This document shows, piece by piece, positions 25,050-41,159 of a DNA stretch of 64,000 nucleotides (within the stretch, counting starts at the first letter, position 1; every line of letters begins with the position of its first letter). The stretch spans positions 160,518,001 through 160,582,000 of the forward strand of contig OX597817.1 in NCBI GenBank assembly GCA_951406725.2, written 5' to 3'. A program made the translations under genes and the position numbers. The notes under the pieces were generated by a model. That model was not told the DNA's origin. It saw nothing but the letters and a program-made list of their open reading frames with translations, and made no database searches. The DNA comes from Octopus vulgaris. Lineage: Eukaryota.

Positions 25050-25830
25050 TTAGTTATCGACGTCCTTATTGTAAACAATTATAACGCGGACGTTGTTGCC
25101 GGTTTATGGCTTTTTTTCACAGCACATCTGTTGGTAAGATGTTGCAGTGTGTTATTTAGTGAATCGTTGTCAATCGGTGACATAGGTATTCCTTTCGAAC
25201 TCTGTCTACGGTCAATGTGTAGCATCAAAACTTCTCCAAATGTGAAACCATTACACTGTTGTGGGTTTCACTAGGACTTTGTAGACGGTGGGTGATTATT
25301 CTGGCACTGAAGAGGCAGACTGATTTTGGGAATGCAGTGTTTGCTGTATTATAAGTGTGAGATAGCTACATGGAATAGTTAGAGATTATGGAGCGATTTT
25401 GTAGCGACTTAGAGGGTTTTATAATCGCACCTTGTCTAGCTAGAGAGAATAAGCTGTAAGACTGTTTTCTAGCGGTGATTGTGTCTTCATGCTGTTGAAA
25501 GAGATAAAATTTTCATAACCCTAACAGAGGGTGTTTTCAACGTATGTCTTCGCGGAAGCAGTGAAAATTTTGTTTGGAGGTTTGGTATAAGTTGGATGTG
25601 GATAATGACTGTGAGAAGGCTGGGGAAGAATGAAGAGTGATATCATTTGCATGAGAGTGAACGCTGTAGGAAAGTGTCTGAAAACGACTCCAGTGGTAGT
25701 TAGTGGAAAGGAGCAAGAGTTCGGAAGACGTTGCTGATATCATAGTTGAGAGAATTTAGGCAGCAGGGAGCACCATCAGAAAATGATATAAGGATGCGAT
25801 GTAACAGGTAGCCTTAACCTAAGAGATAAG
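25050..25830 (-). pseudogene. Heavily decayed LINE reverse transcriptase remnant
   Basis: SVHSHANDITLHSS (decayed YADD region), then ENFISFNSMKTQ and TVYKVLVKP..HIW in correct order. Confidence 0.55.
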
Positions 25831-26231
25831 AAATGAATGACGACCAATTAGATCGACAGACTAGATCGAAGAATTGCTGACGTCGCTATTTTCAATTTTA
25901 CATAATTCGTTAAAGCGTTTTCTAATATACACGCAAGCACACCCACACACACTCACATACACACACATACATACATACATACATACATACATACACACAC
26001 ACATACATACATACATACATACATACATACATACATACATACATACATACATACATACATACATACATACACACATACATACATACATACATACACACAC
26101 ACACATACATACATACATACATACATACATACATACAAACATACATACATACATACATACATACATACATACATACACACACACACATACATACATACAT
26201 ACATACATACATACATACATACATACATACA

Positions 26232-26265
<34 letters not shown>

Positions 26266-26805
26266 CACGACAGGCTTCTTTTACTTTTTGTCTACCAAAT
26301 CCATCCATAAGGCTTTGGTTGGCCCGAAGCTAGCAGAAGACACTTGCCTAAGGTGCCGCGCAGTGAGACTGAACCCAGAACCATGTGGCTGGAAGGCAAA
26401 CCTCTTACCACATAGGCATGCCTGCGACTATATATGTTCATTTATTTCCATAGATCACTAGTCGTTATCCACTTAGCAACGCCTGTATATTCCGAAAACA
26501 CTTCCATCCATTCAGAGATGATAAATTGACGCTGGAGAAGATAAACTGTGGCATACTCTTTAACACTCTGTCGATTTGGTAAATGTATTTGAACTCTGAT
26601 AGATTTTATATATATCATCAGTTCATGGTAGCATCCAATGCTATCTCCTTTTTTTATTGCTCTTTTCTTTTTCCTTTTGGTGTTTCTATCTTATTTTTGT
26701 CCACTTGGAGTTTGCTTGAAAGATACACTCATGTTTTAAACAGGTATAATTTTTTTCTTGTTTCTTTCCCTGTTTCTTTATTCTTCCTTATTTCTTTCTT
26801 ACTCT

Positions 26806-26837
26806 ACTTTGATAAAGGGTTCGGCTGAAACGTCAGT
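26806..26837 (+). ncRNA. Degenerate hammerhead motif
   Basis: ACU-uUGAUaA...GAAAC-GUC-AGU; core mutated. Confidence 0.35.
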
Positions 26838-27186
26838 CGATTTATTTTCCTTTTTCCTTCAAAGGCGTACAGTTAGTCGACTGTGCACAACATTTTATGT
26901 ATAATTTTTTTGTGTGTGTGGGTGTTTACAATTTGTCCACTACACTTGAAAATTTTCTCTACCTGTTGTAATCTCTCCTGTTATTCAAATGTCCGTTCCT
27001 GTTCCGCTCGTTCTATTTGTGTTATTTTACCAATATGTATGTATGTATTTATGTATATGTGTGTGTATGTACATGTATATGTACATGTATATATGTATAA
27101 ATGCATACACACCTAAGCATACATATATACATATTCATATATAACATAATATAACATATATAACATAATATAATATATGAAAATAT

Positions 27187-27249
<63 letters not shown>

Positions 27250-27417
27250 CGATTAAATAAAAAGACAAGCGGAACATATGATATGCCTATAAATATATAA
27301 TTAAAAAACGTGTAGCAAATAAACGCAATTTCGGCCATTATCGATAATATCGCTTCCACTATGGACAAGAAACTTGCCGAGAACAGGACCAAAGCATAAC
27401 AAAACGAGACCGTTAGT

Positions 27418-27855
27418 GGACGGACGAGGGACAAAAGAATAAACAGAATAAAGGCTTAGGGCCACACGAAAACAACAATTGATAATGATAATACATATAC
27501 AACAAAAAGCCTTGGGGCTGCTTCTCTTTCCTTTACCTTGCTTCTCTTAATTTCTTTTCTCTCTCTTTCTCTGTTACCCTCCTCTCATCGTCACATGACC
27601 CGTGACGACCTAAGGCGGTATCATTCTTTTTCTCATTGCCTTCGAACGCACTGGGAACAATTTTCTGAACTCCTCGCTCTACCCCTCGCGTGTCTACAGT
27701 CCTTTAGGACTGTTTTCCTTTCTCCTTCGCGTTACCCACTTTTGTCATGTCTTGCAGCCCCAAAGCTTTTTGTTGTATATGTACTATCATTAATAATTGT
27801 CTTCGTGTAGCCCTATGCCTTTTTCCCGTTTATTGCTTTGTTCCACGTCCGTCCA
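27418..27855. repeat. Imperfect inverted repeat (~105-bp arms, ~230-nt spacer)
   Basis: GGACGGACG...GCCTTGGGGCTGC versus GCAGCCCCAAAGC...CGTCCGTCC. Confidence 0.75.
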
Positions 27856-28564
27856 CAAACTTCTCTGGATGTTGCCCTATTTCGTGGCAGAACTACACAT
27901 GGTGACTAACTTCAGGCGAGCTACTTACAGAGATCGAAGTAGTGGTTAACAGTGACTCATGAGTCGTACTGTCTCCTCTTCAACCCTTTCGCCAACTAGT
28001 CTTGCAAGTCCTACAATAGCGCAACCATTCTTTTCTTAAGTAAGCAATTTCACTTACGAAACACTTTTCCAAAACCATACCCCAAAATCAAAGACAAACT
28101 ATAAGATACGCAAATGACTCCTAAACACTGATCGTGATTGTCTTTGCGTAGGAAGCTAAAATAAAAAGAATTAAGGTCCGACAAAATTACAAACACAAAA
28201 AGCCTAGACGAATTAGAGCACTTATACCAACACTACATAAACACGAGAAATGGTTACTGGGGAAAATATAATACTTCTAAAGCTTAAAAAAAAAAACTAA
28301 TATGAAGTTATCCCTATTATCACTCTATGGAGTCCTTAAAAAAACCCAAAGAACATACTTGATATCCTTGGTATCAGTAATCTACGCATTTCATTTTTAA
28401 CTCACCATATGAGTTCAGAAAACCACATTCAATTATCATACAACTGATGAATAAATCTTACACAGATAATACTTGAGGGTGTCGACAATAATGTAAATGC
28501 TCCACATACCATACCGGCTATTATCAAGACCCAACAATCCTTTGAACACCATTGAGCTCAAATA

Positions 28565-28607
<43 letters not shown>

Positions 28608-29196
28608 CTAAAGGTGATCAAGACGAAGATAGCAGGAAAATTATCTTATTTAGGGTTAAAAGTTCTATTGCCACCACCATCACCACTAGCAACAATAATT
28701 AAGGTGCTGACAATGATGATGATGACAATTGAAATATAAAAATATAAAAATCTCTGACAAAGGATATTTACAACATTTCTAAAAATAACCCAACAATTGC
28801 TGCTTCGGCCAGGGTCAAGATACAGGACTCTTGACCTGTCCAACAAAGCGTGATGCCTAAACCAATCAGCTTAAGTAATTGAGTGATACTACACACTGAT
28901 TGGTCAGAATACAGTTTGCAAAACCTAGCACTCTGGAGCCTACCCAGCTGTATTTATAGCACAGAATCACTCATCTTGCTACAGTCAAAAATTGTGAAGC
29001 ATGACTGTCAACACTACTACATGAACCCGAAGATTGCAGAATTCAATGCATGAAAGTACTAGTTCAATCAGAATGAATATTTAACATTCTACTATTTCAT
29101 TTTATTTTATTCAATTATAATATATTATCTTATAATATATCATTATAAGATTGTAAATAAAACGTGAAAATCAGACAAGGTTGGAATTCTTTTTAT

Positions 29197-29240
<44 letters not shown>

Positions 29241-29576
29241 CTTTAAATATAAATAAATGTTGGGGCAGACATCAAACTAGTTTCTCAGGTCACACCAACG
29301 TCTATGCAAAACACAATACATCTAAGAATCTGCAAATACCTGGACTGTGTCCTACAAAAGTACACTCTCTCATTATCTTTGAAATAAAGCTATACGATCT
29401 GTCCACACTTCAAGTAAACGTGGTCACTGACACACCGTGAGGTTTAGATGAACTCGCTGCACTGACAAATGCAGTGTGTTGCAAATGATTTCCTATGACC
29501 TACCTGATCTATGACAAATGTTTGTAGGAGTGAAAACTTCAATATTTCTGGAATTTGTCCTTCTCTAAGGAGAGAA

Positions 29577-29614
<38 letters not shown>

Positions 29615-30421
29615 CATGATCGCGTGAAGGAATGATGTGGAGGGATGGGTATGGTGAGAAAGTAGGAATATAGTATGAGAATATAAGAATAGAGTGGTAT
29701 GTTTTGTGTATTATGTATATATATATAGTGATATATATATATATATATATATATACCTCTTTAAGATATAAATAAATGTTGGGAGGTGATGAGGACCAAA
29801 TGAGGTGTGGTAGGTGATAAATGTGAAAGGAGGACAAAGGAGACCGTTGGACAAAAGAATATGTACAGAATAACACCGATGCACACACGAACAAAATAGG
29901 AGAGAGGAAGAATAGGAAGTTAGCTTGTAGAGAATTGAATTCAGTACGGAGTAGTCAGAAGTAAAGAATTAACAGAGAAATAAAGAAAAGAGATAAAGTT
30001 ATTGTAAAGAAAAGAGAGCCTAGAAGCATAAGGAGTGGTCAGGAATTGTAAAGCCAAAAATGTCAAAGCGAAGAGAGGCCAAGAAATGCTTAGTAGTCTA
30101 TAGCATGAAATGAAGAGAGGGAAGAGGATTGAGGTAATAAAAACGTAGAAGATTAAACAAGTATATTACAATAACCCCACGTATGACACATACTGGCGAC
30201 AATTATATGCACGATGATGTGTGCACGATCTGCACATTGCATATACGATCAAGTGGTGTATACGCTCATACACATAAACTGAGAGGGAGAGAGAGAGAAG
30301 AGATGGAAAGAGAAGCATAAAAACGTCTGATAACAAATGAGTAGGCATCCAATCAGCGACGCCAAATAGGCAGCGCCAAAACGGCTGTATAAATGCATTT
30401 TGCTGTCCCTATATACATACA

Positions 30422-30455
<34 letters not shown>

Positions 30456-30470
30456 CATACATATATACAT

Positions 30471-30526
<56 letters not shown>

Positions 30527-30527
30527 T

Positions 30528-30607
<80 letters not shown>

Positions 30608-30697
30608 TTTGAGGGAATATTAATCCTAACTTACAGGAAAAAGAAATTCAATTTAGAAATATTAAATCAAATTTCACACAATATAATATATATATAA

Positions 30698-31006
30698 AAA
30701 ATTAGAAATAACCACCTTTTATCAATTCAAAATGAACAATTAAATTACACCATCTAGAAAATTACATATAATAGAAATATTAAAATTAAAATAACAATAA
30801 AATACTAATGATTAAGTAAATTGCAAAGAAATAATAAAATAATAATAATTATATACGTTTTTATTCTATTTTTTTTTTTTCAATTTGCTTAATCATTGGT
30901 ATTTTATTGTTATTTTAATTTTAATATTTCTATTATATGTAATTTTCTAGATGGTGTAATTTAATTGTTCATTTTGAATTGATAAAAGGCGGTTGTTTCT
31001 AATTTT
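30698..31006. repeat. AT-rich inverted repeat (~125-bp arms) between (TA)n tracts
   Basis: 30698-30822 versus 30881-31006, few mismatches. Confidence 0.9.
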
Positions 31007-31297
31007 ACATATAATATAAATATATATATATATATATAAATGAGTCCTTAGATTGCTTAGAGTTTATAAGCATTGTAAGATTCCCTTATGAGTGAGATCC
31101 AGCATTTTAAACTCTGTTGGACTTTTGGACTTTACTCTTAGGATATTGGAATATTGCATATATACCATTCTGCCTTAAAAAAATGGACTTACAACTTCAA
31201 TACCCATACATATCTGGCATCTATTTTCTTTCGTCCACCTCACTCTCTATTTTGCATCACATCTAAACTAACTATGACTTAACCATCCTCTCACACC

Positions 31298-31349
31298 GTC
31301 TCCGATGAAGGGATATAATTAATAAATATCCTAGAAACAGCTGTAATAC
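31298..31349 (+). ncRNA. Hammerhead-like motif, U4C variant
   Basis: GUCU-CCGAUGA-AGGGAUAU..AUAUCCUA-GAAAC-AGCU-GUA-AUAC. Confidence 0.6.
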
Positions 31350-31589
31350 ATTCTATCTATAAATGCTCTGATATTTACACAGCCTTTTTCAAAACGGATC
31401 AAAACTAACAGTAAGATGGAAAATAATGTTTATTTTTGTATACTTCCACTTTATTTGTATTTGAAAAGTTTTCGCCTACTTTTTTTGTAATTGCAAAGTC
31501 TTTGATCTGATCCTCACAATGACACCAAGAACACTTTGAAATTATATTTCCGATCATATCAACCAGTTCGAATATTATTTTAGCAAGTT

Positions 31590-32195
31590 AAGGCGGCGAG
31601 TTGACAGAATAGTTAGGGAAGCACTCCGTCGGTTACGTCGATGAGGGTTCCGGTTGATCCGAATCAACGGAACAGCCAGCTCGTGAAATTAACGTGCAAG
31701 TGGCTGAGCACTCCACAGACACGTGCACCCTTAACGTAGTTCTCGGGGATATTCAGCGTGACACAGAGAGTGACAAGGCCGGTCCCTTGAAATACAGGTA
31801 CAACAGAAACAGGAAGTAAGAGTGAGAGAAAGTTGTGGTGAAAGAGTACAGCAGGGATCACCACCATCCCCTGCTGGAGCCTCGTGGAGCTTTTTTAGGT
31901 GTTTTCGCTCAATAAACACTCACAACGCCCGGTCTAGGAATCGAAACCGCGATCCTATGACCGCGAGTCCGCTGCCCTAACCACTGGGCCATTGCGCCTC
32001 CACTGACAGAATAGTTAATATGTCAGGCAAAAGTGTCTAGCAGCATTTCGTCTGCCTTCATGTTCTGAGTTCAAATTCCGCTGAGGTCGACTTTGCCTTT
32101 CACCCTTTCGGGATCGATAAAATAAATACCAGTTGAGCAAGTCAATGTTATCAACTCAATCCCTCTGCCGAAAACGCCGGCCTTGTTCCAAAAAT
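31590..32195 (+). mobile_element. Old family C SINE split by an A1 insertion
   Basis: Head at 31590-31615 resumes at 32004. Confidence 0.75.
31616..32003 (-). mobile_element. SINE family A1
   Basis: 14-bp TSD TGACAGAATAGTTA at 31602-31615 and 32004-32017. Confidence 0.92.
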
Positions 32196-32254
32196 TGAAA
32201 CAACATTATTTTAGCAAGTTTCAAATGATTTCTTTTGTGCCTAAACCACACTCG

Positions 32255-32520
32255 GCTGTAGATATGAGTTGCGACATCACTCATGCTAAGTTGCTTATTT
32301 GCTTTTGACTCACCATGAGATGGTGATTTCGATTCCCGGACCAGGCTGCGTGTTGAGTTCTTGAGCAAGACACTTTATTAGTGGCGTGGAGAGGAGAGAC
32401 TGATATGCATAGGCGACTGCTGGTCATCCATAAACAACCTTGCCCGGACTTGTGCCTCGTAGGGTAACTTTCTAGGTGCAATCCCATGGTCATTCATGAC
32501 CGAAGGGGGTCTTTACCCTT
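32255..32520 (+). mobile_element. Rearranged family B SINE with the GACCGAAGGGGGTCT tail
   Basis: Shares its tail with 58515-58795. Confidence 0.65.
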
Positions 32521-32851
32521 TTTGTTAGTATGTTATAGTCAGGCCAGGGATTTCATCGCACGCTTACTGGTACCATATAAACCTGTATTTCTTCTTCCAT
32601 GGTTGTGTGGTCGGCAACTAAACCAGCTCCTCCAGTTGAGTAGCCTGCCGCTCTTATGAGGAGGGCGTCTGGACACCCTGCACAAGACCTGCCGAAGGGC
32701 AGATGAACTCCCTCTGGGTCGAGAATGGCCATCCAGTTGGAGAAAGCAATGGCAAGCCAGCCCAATATCAGACTGAAGTAATGCTATGACTTCATCTGAT
32801 AGGAGAACTCGCGGTTGAGAAGACTTTTGTGTATGTGTGTATATATGTGTA

Positions 32852-32947
<96 letters not shown>

Positions 32948-32970
32948 TGCATGTGTGTACTATGTATCTA

Positions 32971-33190
32971 TGGCGAGCTGGCAGAATCGCTAGCACGCCG
33001 AGCGAAATGCTTAGGTTAGTATTTCGTCTGCCGCTACGTTCTGAGTTCAAATTCCGCCGTGGTCGACTTTGCCTTTCATCCTCTCGGGGTCGATTAAATA
33101 AGTACCAGTTACGACGCACTGAGGTCGATGAAATCGACTTAATCCATTTGCCTGTCCTTGTTTGTCCCCTCTATGCTTTGCCCCGCCCCC
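32971..33190 (+). mobile_element. SINE family C
   Basis: Head and body match other C copies. Confidence 0.8.
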
Positions 33191-33289
33191 TGTGCGTGTT
33201 TAGTTGTAATCGTAATCGTCGTCGTAGTAGAAGTATGTGTGTGTGTGTATATGTGTACAGTAGAATATGTGTGTATAAGCAATGTACGT

Positions 33290-33518
33290 ACTCTTACTCT
33301 TTTACTCTTTTACTTGTTTCAGTCATTTCACTGCGGCCATGCTGGAGCACTGCCTTTAATCGAGCAACTCGACCCCCGGGACTTATTCTTTTGTAAGCCC
33401 AGTACTTATTCTATCGGTCTCTTTTGCCGAACCGCTAAGTAACGGGGACATAAACACACCAGCATTGGTTGTCAAGCAATGCTAGGGGGACAAACACAGA
33501 TACACACACACACACACA

Positions 33519-33558
<40 letters not shown>

Positions 33559-33792
33559 TACGACGGGCTTCTTTCAGTTTCCGTCTACCAAATCCACTCA
33601 CAAGACTTTGGTCGGCCCGAGGCTATAGTAGAAGACACTTGCCCAAGGTGTCACGCAGTGGGACTGAACCCGGAACCATGTGGTTGGTTAGCAAGCTACT
33701 TACCACACAGCCACTCCTGCGCATGTTTTGTAGCGTACTTGGGTGCGTTTGAGTATGTGTTTGAGTGTGTAAAATGCAGTGTGTGCATGGAC

Positions 33793-33827
<35 letters not shown>

Positions 33828-34340
33828 TTTATATGAGAGTATAAAAGTTTGTGTTGCAGTTGTGTGGTGACGAGTAAGAAAGAGCAAATTATGTGTATGT
33901 ATGTATGTATGTATGTGTGTGTGTATGTATGTATGTGTGTGTGGTAAGTAGCTTGCTAACCAACCACATGGTTCCGGGTTCAGTCCCACTGCGTGGCATC
34001 TTGGGCAAGTGTCTTCTACAATAGCCTCGGGCCGACCAAAGCCTTGTGAGTGGATTTGGTAGATGGAAACTGAAAAGAAGCCCGTCGTATATATGTATGT
34101 ATATATATATATGCGTGTGTGTGTTTGTATATCTGTGTTTGTCCCCCTAGCATTGCTTGACAACCGATGCTGGTGTGTTTATGTCCCCGTTACTTAGCGG
34201 TTCGGCAAAAGAGACCGATAGAATAAGTACTCGGCTTACTAAAGAATAAGTCCCGGGGTCGAGTTGCTCGATTAAAGGCGGTGCTCCAGCATGGCCGCAG
34301 TCAAATGACTGAAACAAGTAAAAGAGTAAAAGAGTAAGAG
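33290..34340. mobile_element. Head-to-head pair of family D SINEs (33290-33722 minus; 33938-34340 plus)
   Basis: Two near-identical copies in inverted orientation about 215 bp apart. Confidence 0.9.
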
Positions 34341-35559
34341 TATGTATGTATGTATGTGTGTAATGTTTGTATGTATGTATGTGTGTGTATGTATGTATGT
34401 TTGCATGTATGTCTGTGTGTATGGTATGTGTATGTATGTATGCACGTTTGTATATGTCTGTATGTATGTGTGTGTATGTGTATATCGTAATGTGTGTATG
34501 TATGTTTGTATGTATGTCTGTATATGTGTATGCATGTGTGTATATTTGCATGTGAATGGTCGTTGGTGTTTAGTCAGAAGTCAGCCATGATTAAGTAAAC
34601 CTATTGTTATGAGCCAATCTTGCCATGACCATCACGCCTTTCCCAAGAATATTGTCTGAGAGAAATTTGGTTGTTAATTCTAGCAAATCTAGCGATCATG
34701 TAGGAGCTTCCTCGTGGGCTCTTGCGTGTGCGTATGCGTGTGTGTGTGTATGTGCTTGTGTGTGTGTGTGTGTGTGTGCTTGTGTATGTGCGTGTGTGTG
34801 GGGGGGTCTACGCACATGTTTGTAGGTAAGAGAGAGAGAGAGTGAGTGAGAATGAGTGAGTGAGTGAGAATGAGTGCGTGAGTGAGTGAGTGAGTGTTGC
34901 TTATATTTGTGAAATGAGTGGGAGTCGTTTGTGCGAGTGTGTGTGTGTGCGTGGAAGAAAGTAGATAGCTTAGGTGTGGCATGTAACGACAGAGGCGAAC
35001 ACACAGACACAGAGAGTGGCTTTATATATATAGCATAGCAAGAAGACAGAGATAAAGAGGGGGAGGGAGGGCGGAACGCTGAATGACAGAGAGAGATGGA
35101 GGGAGGGAGGGAGGGGAAGCAGAGAAAGCGAGCGGGGAGGCAACATGAAAATGGGGGGAGGCAGCCAGGCAGGCAGAAAGAGGAAGGGGGATAAGAGAAT
35201 GTAGAGAAAGACAGAGAGGAAGGGGAGGTAGGAGGAAGGGAAGGCCAAATTTTTTTGAATGAATGATAGAGAGCAGGAAAGTTACTGAGAAGAAAGAGAA
35301 CTTGCATTGTTGTATTGTTACAAACACACACACACACGCACGCACACAGACACACACACACAAACACACAAACGCACAAACGCACGCACACACTCATACG
35401 CGTTCACATACGAATGTATATAACTTAGATCCACGTTTGTGTTATGTATCGTGCATATTATTGCGCTAGTGCAGTTACATTCGTAGGTGTAGAAATATCC
35501 ATATATATGTAATATATATATGTTTGTGCCCATATGTATGCGCGCACACATAGCTTCAC

Positions 35560-35618
<59 letters not shown>

Positions 35619-35656
35619 CTCATTCTTTTATAAACAGAATTATCCGTATATATATA

Positions 35657-35890
35657 TTTCTTTACTACCCACAAGGGGCTAAACACAGAGGGGGGACAAA
35701 CAAGGACAGACAAGCGGATTAAGTCGATTATATCGACCCTCAGTGCGTAACTGGTACTTAATTTATCGACCCCGAAAGGATGAAAAGGCAAAGTCGACCT
35801 CAGCGGAATTTGAACTCAGAACGTAACGGCAGACGAAATATGGCCACGCATTTTCGCCCGGCGTGCTAACGATTGTGCCAGCTCGCCGCC
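35657..35890 (-). mobile_element. SINE family C
   Basis: Full monomer. Confidence 0.85.
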
Positions 35891-35924
35891 CTATGTGTAA
35901 TATATATATGATTGTGCCCATATG

Positions 35925-35927
35925 TAT

Positions 35928-35973
<46 letters not shown>

Positions 35974-36209
35974 ACATGCGCGCGGACTCATTCTTTTATA
36001 AACAGAATCACCCGTATATATGCACAACCTTATGTAGTCAAGGTGCATGCGTGCGTATGTAATTTTAAAACCACGAATGTATATACAGAATGTGTATTCA
36101 TAAACGCGTCCATATACACCAGTGCTTTCCAACCTTTTTGCTGGAGCGGAACTCCAAGGAAACATTCCACTGGCTCGAGGAACCCTGTGCAATAATTTAA
36201 TTGTCTTAT

Positions 36210-36259
<50 letters not shown>

Positions 36260-36498
36260 ACATGCGCGCGGACTCATTCTTTTATAAACAGAATCACCCG
36301 TATATATGCACAACCTTATGTAGTCAAGGTGCATGCGTGCGTATGTAATTTTAAAACCACGAATGTATATACAGATGTGTATTCATAAACGCGTCCATAT
36401 ACACCAGTGCTTTCCAACCTTTTTGCTGGAGCGGAACTCCAAGGAAACATTCCACTGGCTCGAGGAACCCCTGTGCAATAATTTAATTGTCTTATGCA
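35925..36498. repeat. ~286-bp tandem duplication including a hAT-MITE left end
   Basis: CAGTGCTTTCCAACC at 36120 and ~36405; CA tract at both unit starts; related segment at 35505-35650. Confidence 0.85.
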
Positions 36499-36517
36499 AA
36501 AAAAAAAAAAAAGAAAC

Positions 36518-36680
36518 AGCAGGAGTGGCTGTGTGGTAAGTAGCTTGCTAACCAACCACATGGTTCCGGGTTCAGTCCCACTGCGTGGCACCTTGGGCAA
36601 GTGTCTTCTGCTATAGCCCTGGGCTGACCAATGCCTTGTGAGTGGATTTGGTAGACGGAAACTGAAAGAAGCCCGTCGTA

Positions 36681-36722
<42 letters not shown>

Positions 36723-36945
36723 TGTGTGTGTTTGTGTGTCTGTGTTTGTCCCCCTAGCATTGCTTGACAACCGATGCTGGTGTGTTTACGTCTCCGTCAC
36801 TTAGCGGTTCGGCAAAAAGAGACCGATAGAATAAGTACTGGGCTTAGAAAGAATAAGTCCCGGAGTCGATTTGCTCGACTAAAGGTGGTGCTCCAGCATG
36901 GCCGCAGTCAAATGACTGAAACAAGTAAAAAAAAAAAAAAAGAAA
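36518..36945 (+). mobile_element. SINE family D
   Basis: Flanked by AAAAAGAAACAGCA on both sides. Confidence 0.9.
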
Positions 36946-37807
36946 AAGAAACAGCATTTAATTACTGAAATGAAAATACTCATGTTCAGATTTATTTACA
37001 ATAAAATCACAAACTGTAAAAAATTGTCACGTACATATATGTATATATGTATGTATGTATATATTTCTAAACACAGAGAGGACACACAAGGGCAGACAAA
37101 GAGATTAAGTCGATTATATCGACCTCAGTGCGTAAATGGTACTTAATTTATCGACCTCGAAAGGATGAAAGGCAAAGTCGACCTCGGCGGAATTTGAACT
37201 CAGAACGTAGCGGCAGACGAAATACGGCTGCGCATTTCGCCCGGCGTGCTAACATTTCTGCCAGCATATATGCATGCATATAATGTGTGCGCGCGTGTGT
37301 GTGTGTGTGTGCGTACACATGCATTCACACACACCGTACACATATAAATGCCGGAGGTATATTTTTTTCTAGATGCGTTGTACATCTCGTTTGTTCGTTT
37401 GTGTGTACGTTCGTACAAACGTTTGTCAGTGATCAGGTGTAAGCTTTGAGCGACTTCGCAGCTCGGAGTGAAGTTCACGGCCTTTGTATCTTTGTGAATG
37501 ACTTCGCTTTTGTCTTCCACGCTGCAATCGTTTCAGATTCAACTCACGATTTCAGATCAAAACACTCGCCACACAACTTACATCTCCGTAATAGGTGTAG
37601 GCGTGGCTGTGGTACGAAGGTTGCTTTCCAACCTCATGGTTCCGGGCTCTGTCCCACTGCGTGACAGTTTGTGCCCCTTCTGATATAGTATCGGACCGAC
37701 CAAAGTCTTGTGGGTATATATATCAAAATAAGCAACAAGGATATCCAGATGTAATGCAGTACGCTCGTTTCATGCGACTCCATTTAATTGAACAATGCAA
37801 TCATTTC

Positions 37808-37878
<71 letters not shown>

Positions 37879-38631
37879 ATATAAGTTTACCGATAATGGT
37901 TCTTTTAACATACCGAAATACTTGGTAAAATTATTAATCAATTAATTAATTAATTTTACCCTTTATTATATATATATATATATAAACACACACACACACA
38001 CACACACATGCGCAGGCATGGCTGCTAAGTGTCTTCTACTATAGCTTGTGAGTGGATTTGGTAGACGGAAACTGAAAGAAGCCTGTCGTATATACATATA
38101 TAAATATATATATGTGTGTGTATGCATATGTTTGTGTGTCTGTGTTTGTCTCCCTACCGTCATCGCATGACAACCGGTGTTGGTGTGTTTACGTCCCCGT
38201 AAATTAGCGGTTCGGCAAAAGAGGCCGATAAGATAAGTACTAGGCTCACAAACAATACGGGCTGGAATCGATTTGTTCGACCAAAGGCGGTGCTCCAGCA
38301 TTGCCGCAGTCAAATGATTGAAACAAATAAAAGAATGTGTGTGTGTGTGTGTGTGTGTATGTGTGTGTATGTGTGTGTGTGTGTGTGTGTGTGCATTTTT
38401 TATTTGTCCCCCAACAATCAGTGTTAGTGTGTTCACGCCCCCGTAACATAGTGGTTCGGCAAAAGAGAAGGATACATTAAGTACCATTCTGTAAGCAAAA
38501 CATGATTAGTCGATTCATTCGACTAAACATTCTTTAAGGTGATTGATTGCCCAGCATGACTGATGCTTAATGACTGAAACAAGTAAAAGGAATAACATAA
38601 AATATATTAACATCTTTCCCTCCTCTCTCTC

Positions 38632-39975
<1,344 letters not shown>

Positions 39976-40526
39976 ACATCACAACATATGAATGAGAAAG
40001 GAAGGGGTGATAGATGAATAAGGAAGGAAAGGGTGATGGCAAATTTGGTTGTGGGATGATGGAAATACTATGGTGCAAAACAATCAAAGTTTCAATTGTG
40101 TGTGTGTGTGTGTGTGTGTGTTTGTGTTCTACCACAGTTTGACAACTGGTGCTGGTGTGTTTACGCTTCCCTAAGTTAGCAATTCGGTAAAAAGAGACCG
40201 ATAGAATAAGTACTAGGCTTTCAAAAGTAATAAGTCCAAGGGTCGATTTGTTCGACTAAAAAAAAGCATCCCTTCCAGGCGATGCCCCAACATGGCTGCA
40301 GTCAAATAACTGAAACAAGTAAGAGATAAAAGATAAAAGACAACTGGTTATGAAAACTGCGAAGCACAACGGGTACTGTGTTTAATCATTTGCATATCAG
40401 TGTTACACGTATATAGGTTGTAAATAAATTTGCATACGACCATTTAATTAGCATAAATTTAGTCGCCTTGTGGTTTAGCTATGGCTTTTATATGCACAGC
40501 AATATTAAATCTATTTTAAATATATC

Positions 40527-40686
40527 TGCGTAGGAGTGGCTGTGTGGTAAGTAGCTTGCTTACCAACCACATGGTTCCGGGTTCAGTCCCACTGCGTAGC
40601 ACCTTGGGCAAGTGTCTTCTACTTCTCGGGCCGACCAAAGCCTTGTGAGTGGATTTGGTAGACGGAAACTGAAAGAAGCCCGTCGT

Positions 40687-40765
<79 letters not shown>

Positions 40766-40975
40766 TGAGTCTGTTTGTCCTCCCAACATCGCTTGACAAC
40801 CGATGCTGGTGTGTTTACGTCCCCGTAACTGAGCGGTTCGGCAAAAGAGACCGATAGAATAAGTACTAGGCTTACGAAGAATAAGTCCTGGGGTTGATTT
40901 GCTCGACTAAAGGCGGTGCTCCAGCATAGCCACAGTCAAATGACTGAAACAAGTAAAAGAGTAAAAGAGTAAAAG
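40527..40975 (+). mobile_element. SINE family D
   Basis: Full length with (GTAAAAGA)n tail. Confidence 0.9.
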
Positions 40976-41025
40976 TGTATATTTCTTGAAAACTTATCTC
41001 ATTTCGTCGAAAATGAGTGAGTGCA

Positions 41026-41153
<128 letters not shown>

Positions 41154-41159
41154 TGGATA

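Noticed and set aside
28030-28520. Possible restriction-like endonuclease remnant of an R2-type element
   Set aside because: Too decayed; no continuous motif could be read.
32540-32815. RTE-like 5'UTR with an HDV-like or twister ribozyme
   Set aside because: Some pairing (CTCCTC/GAGGAG) but the required pseudoknots and conserved residues could not be assigned.
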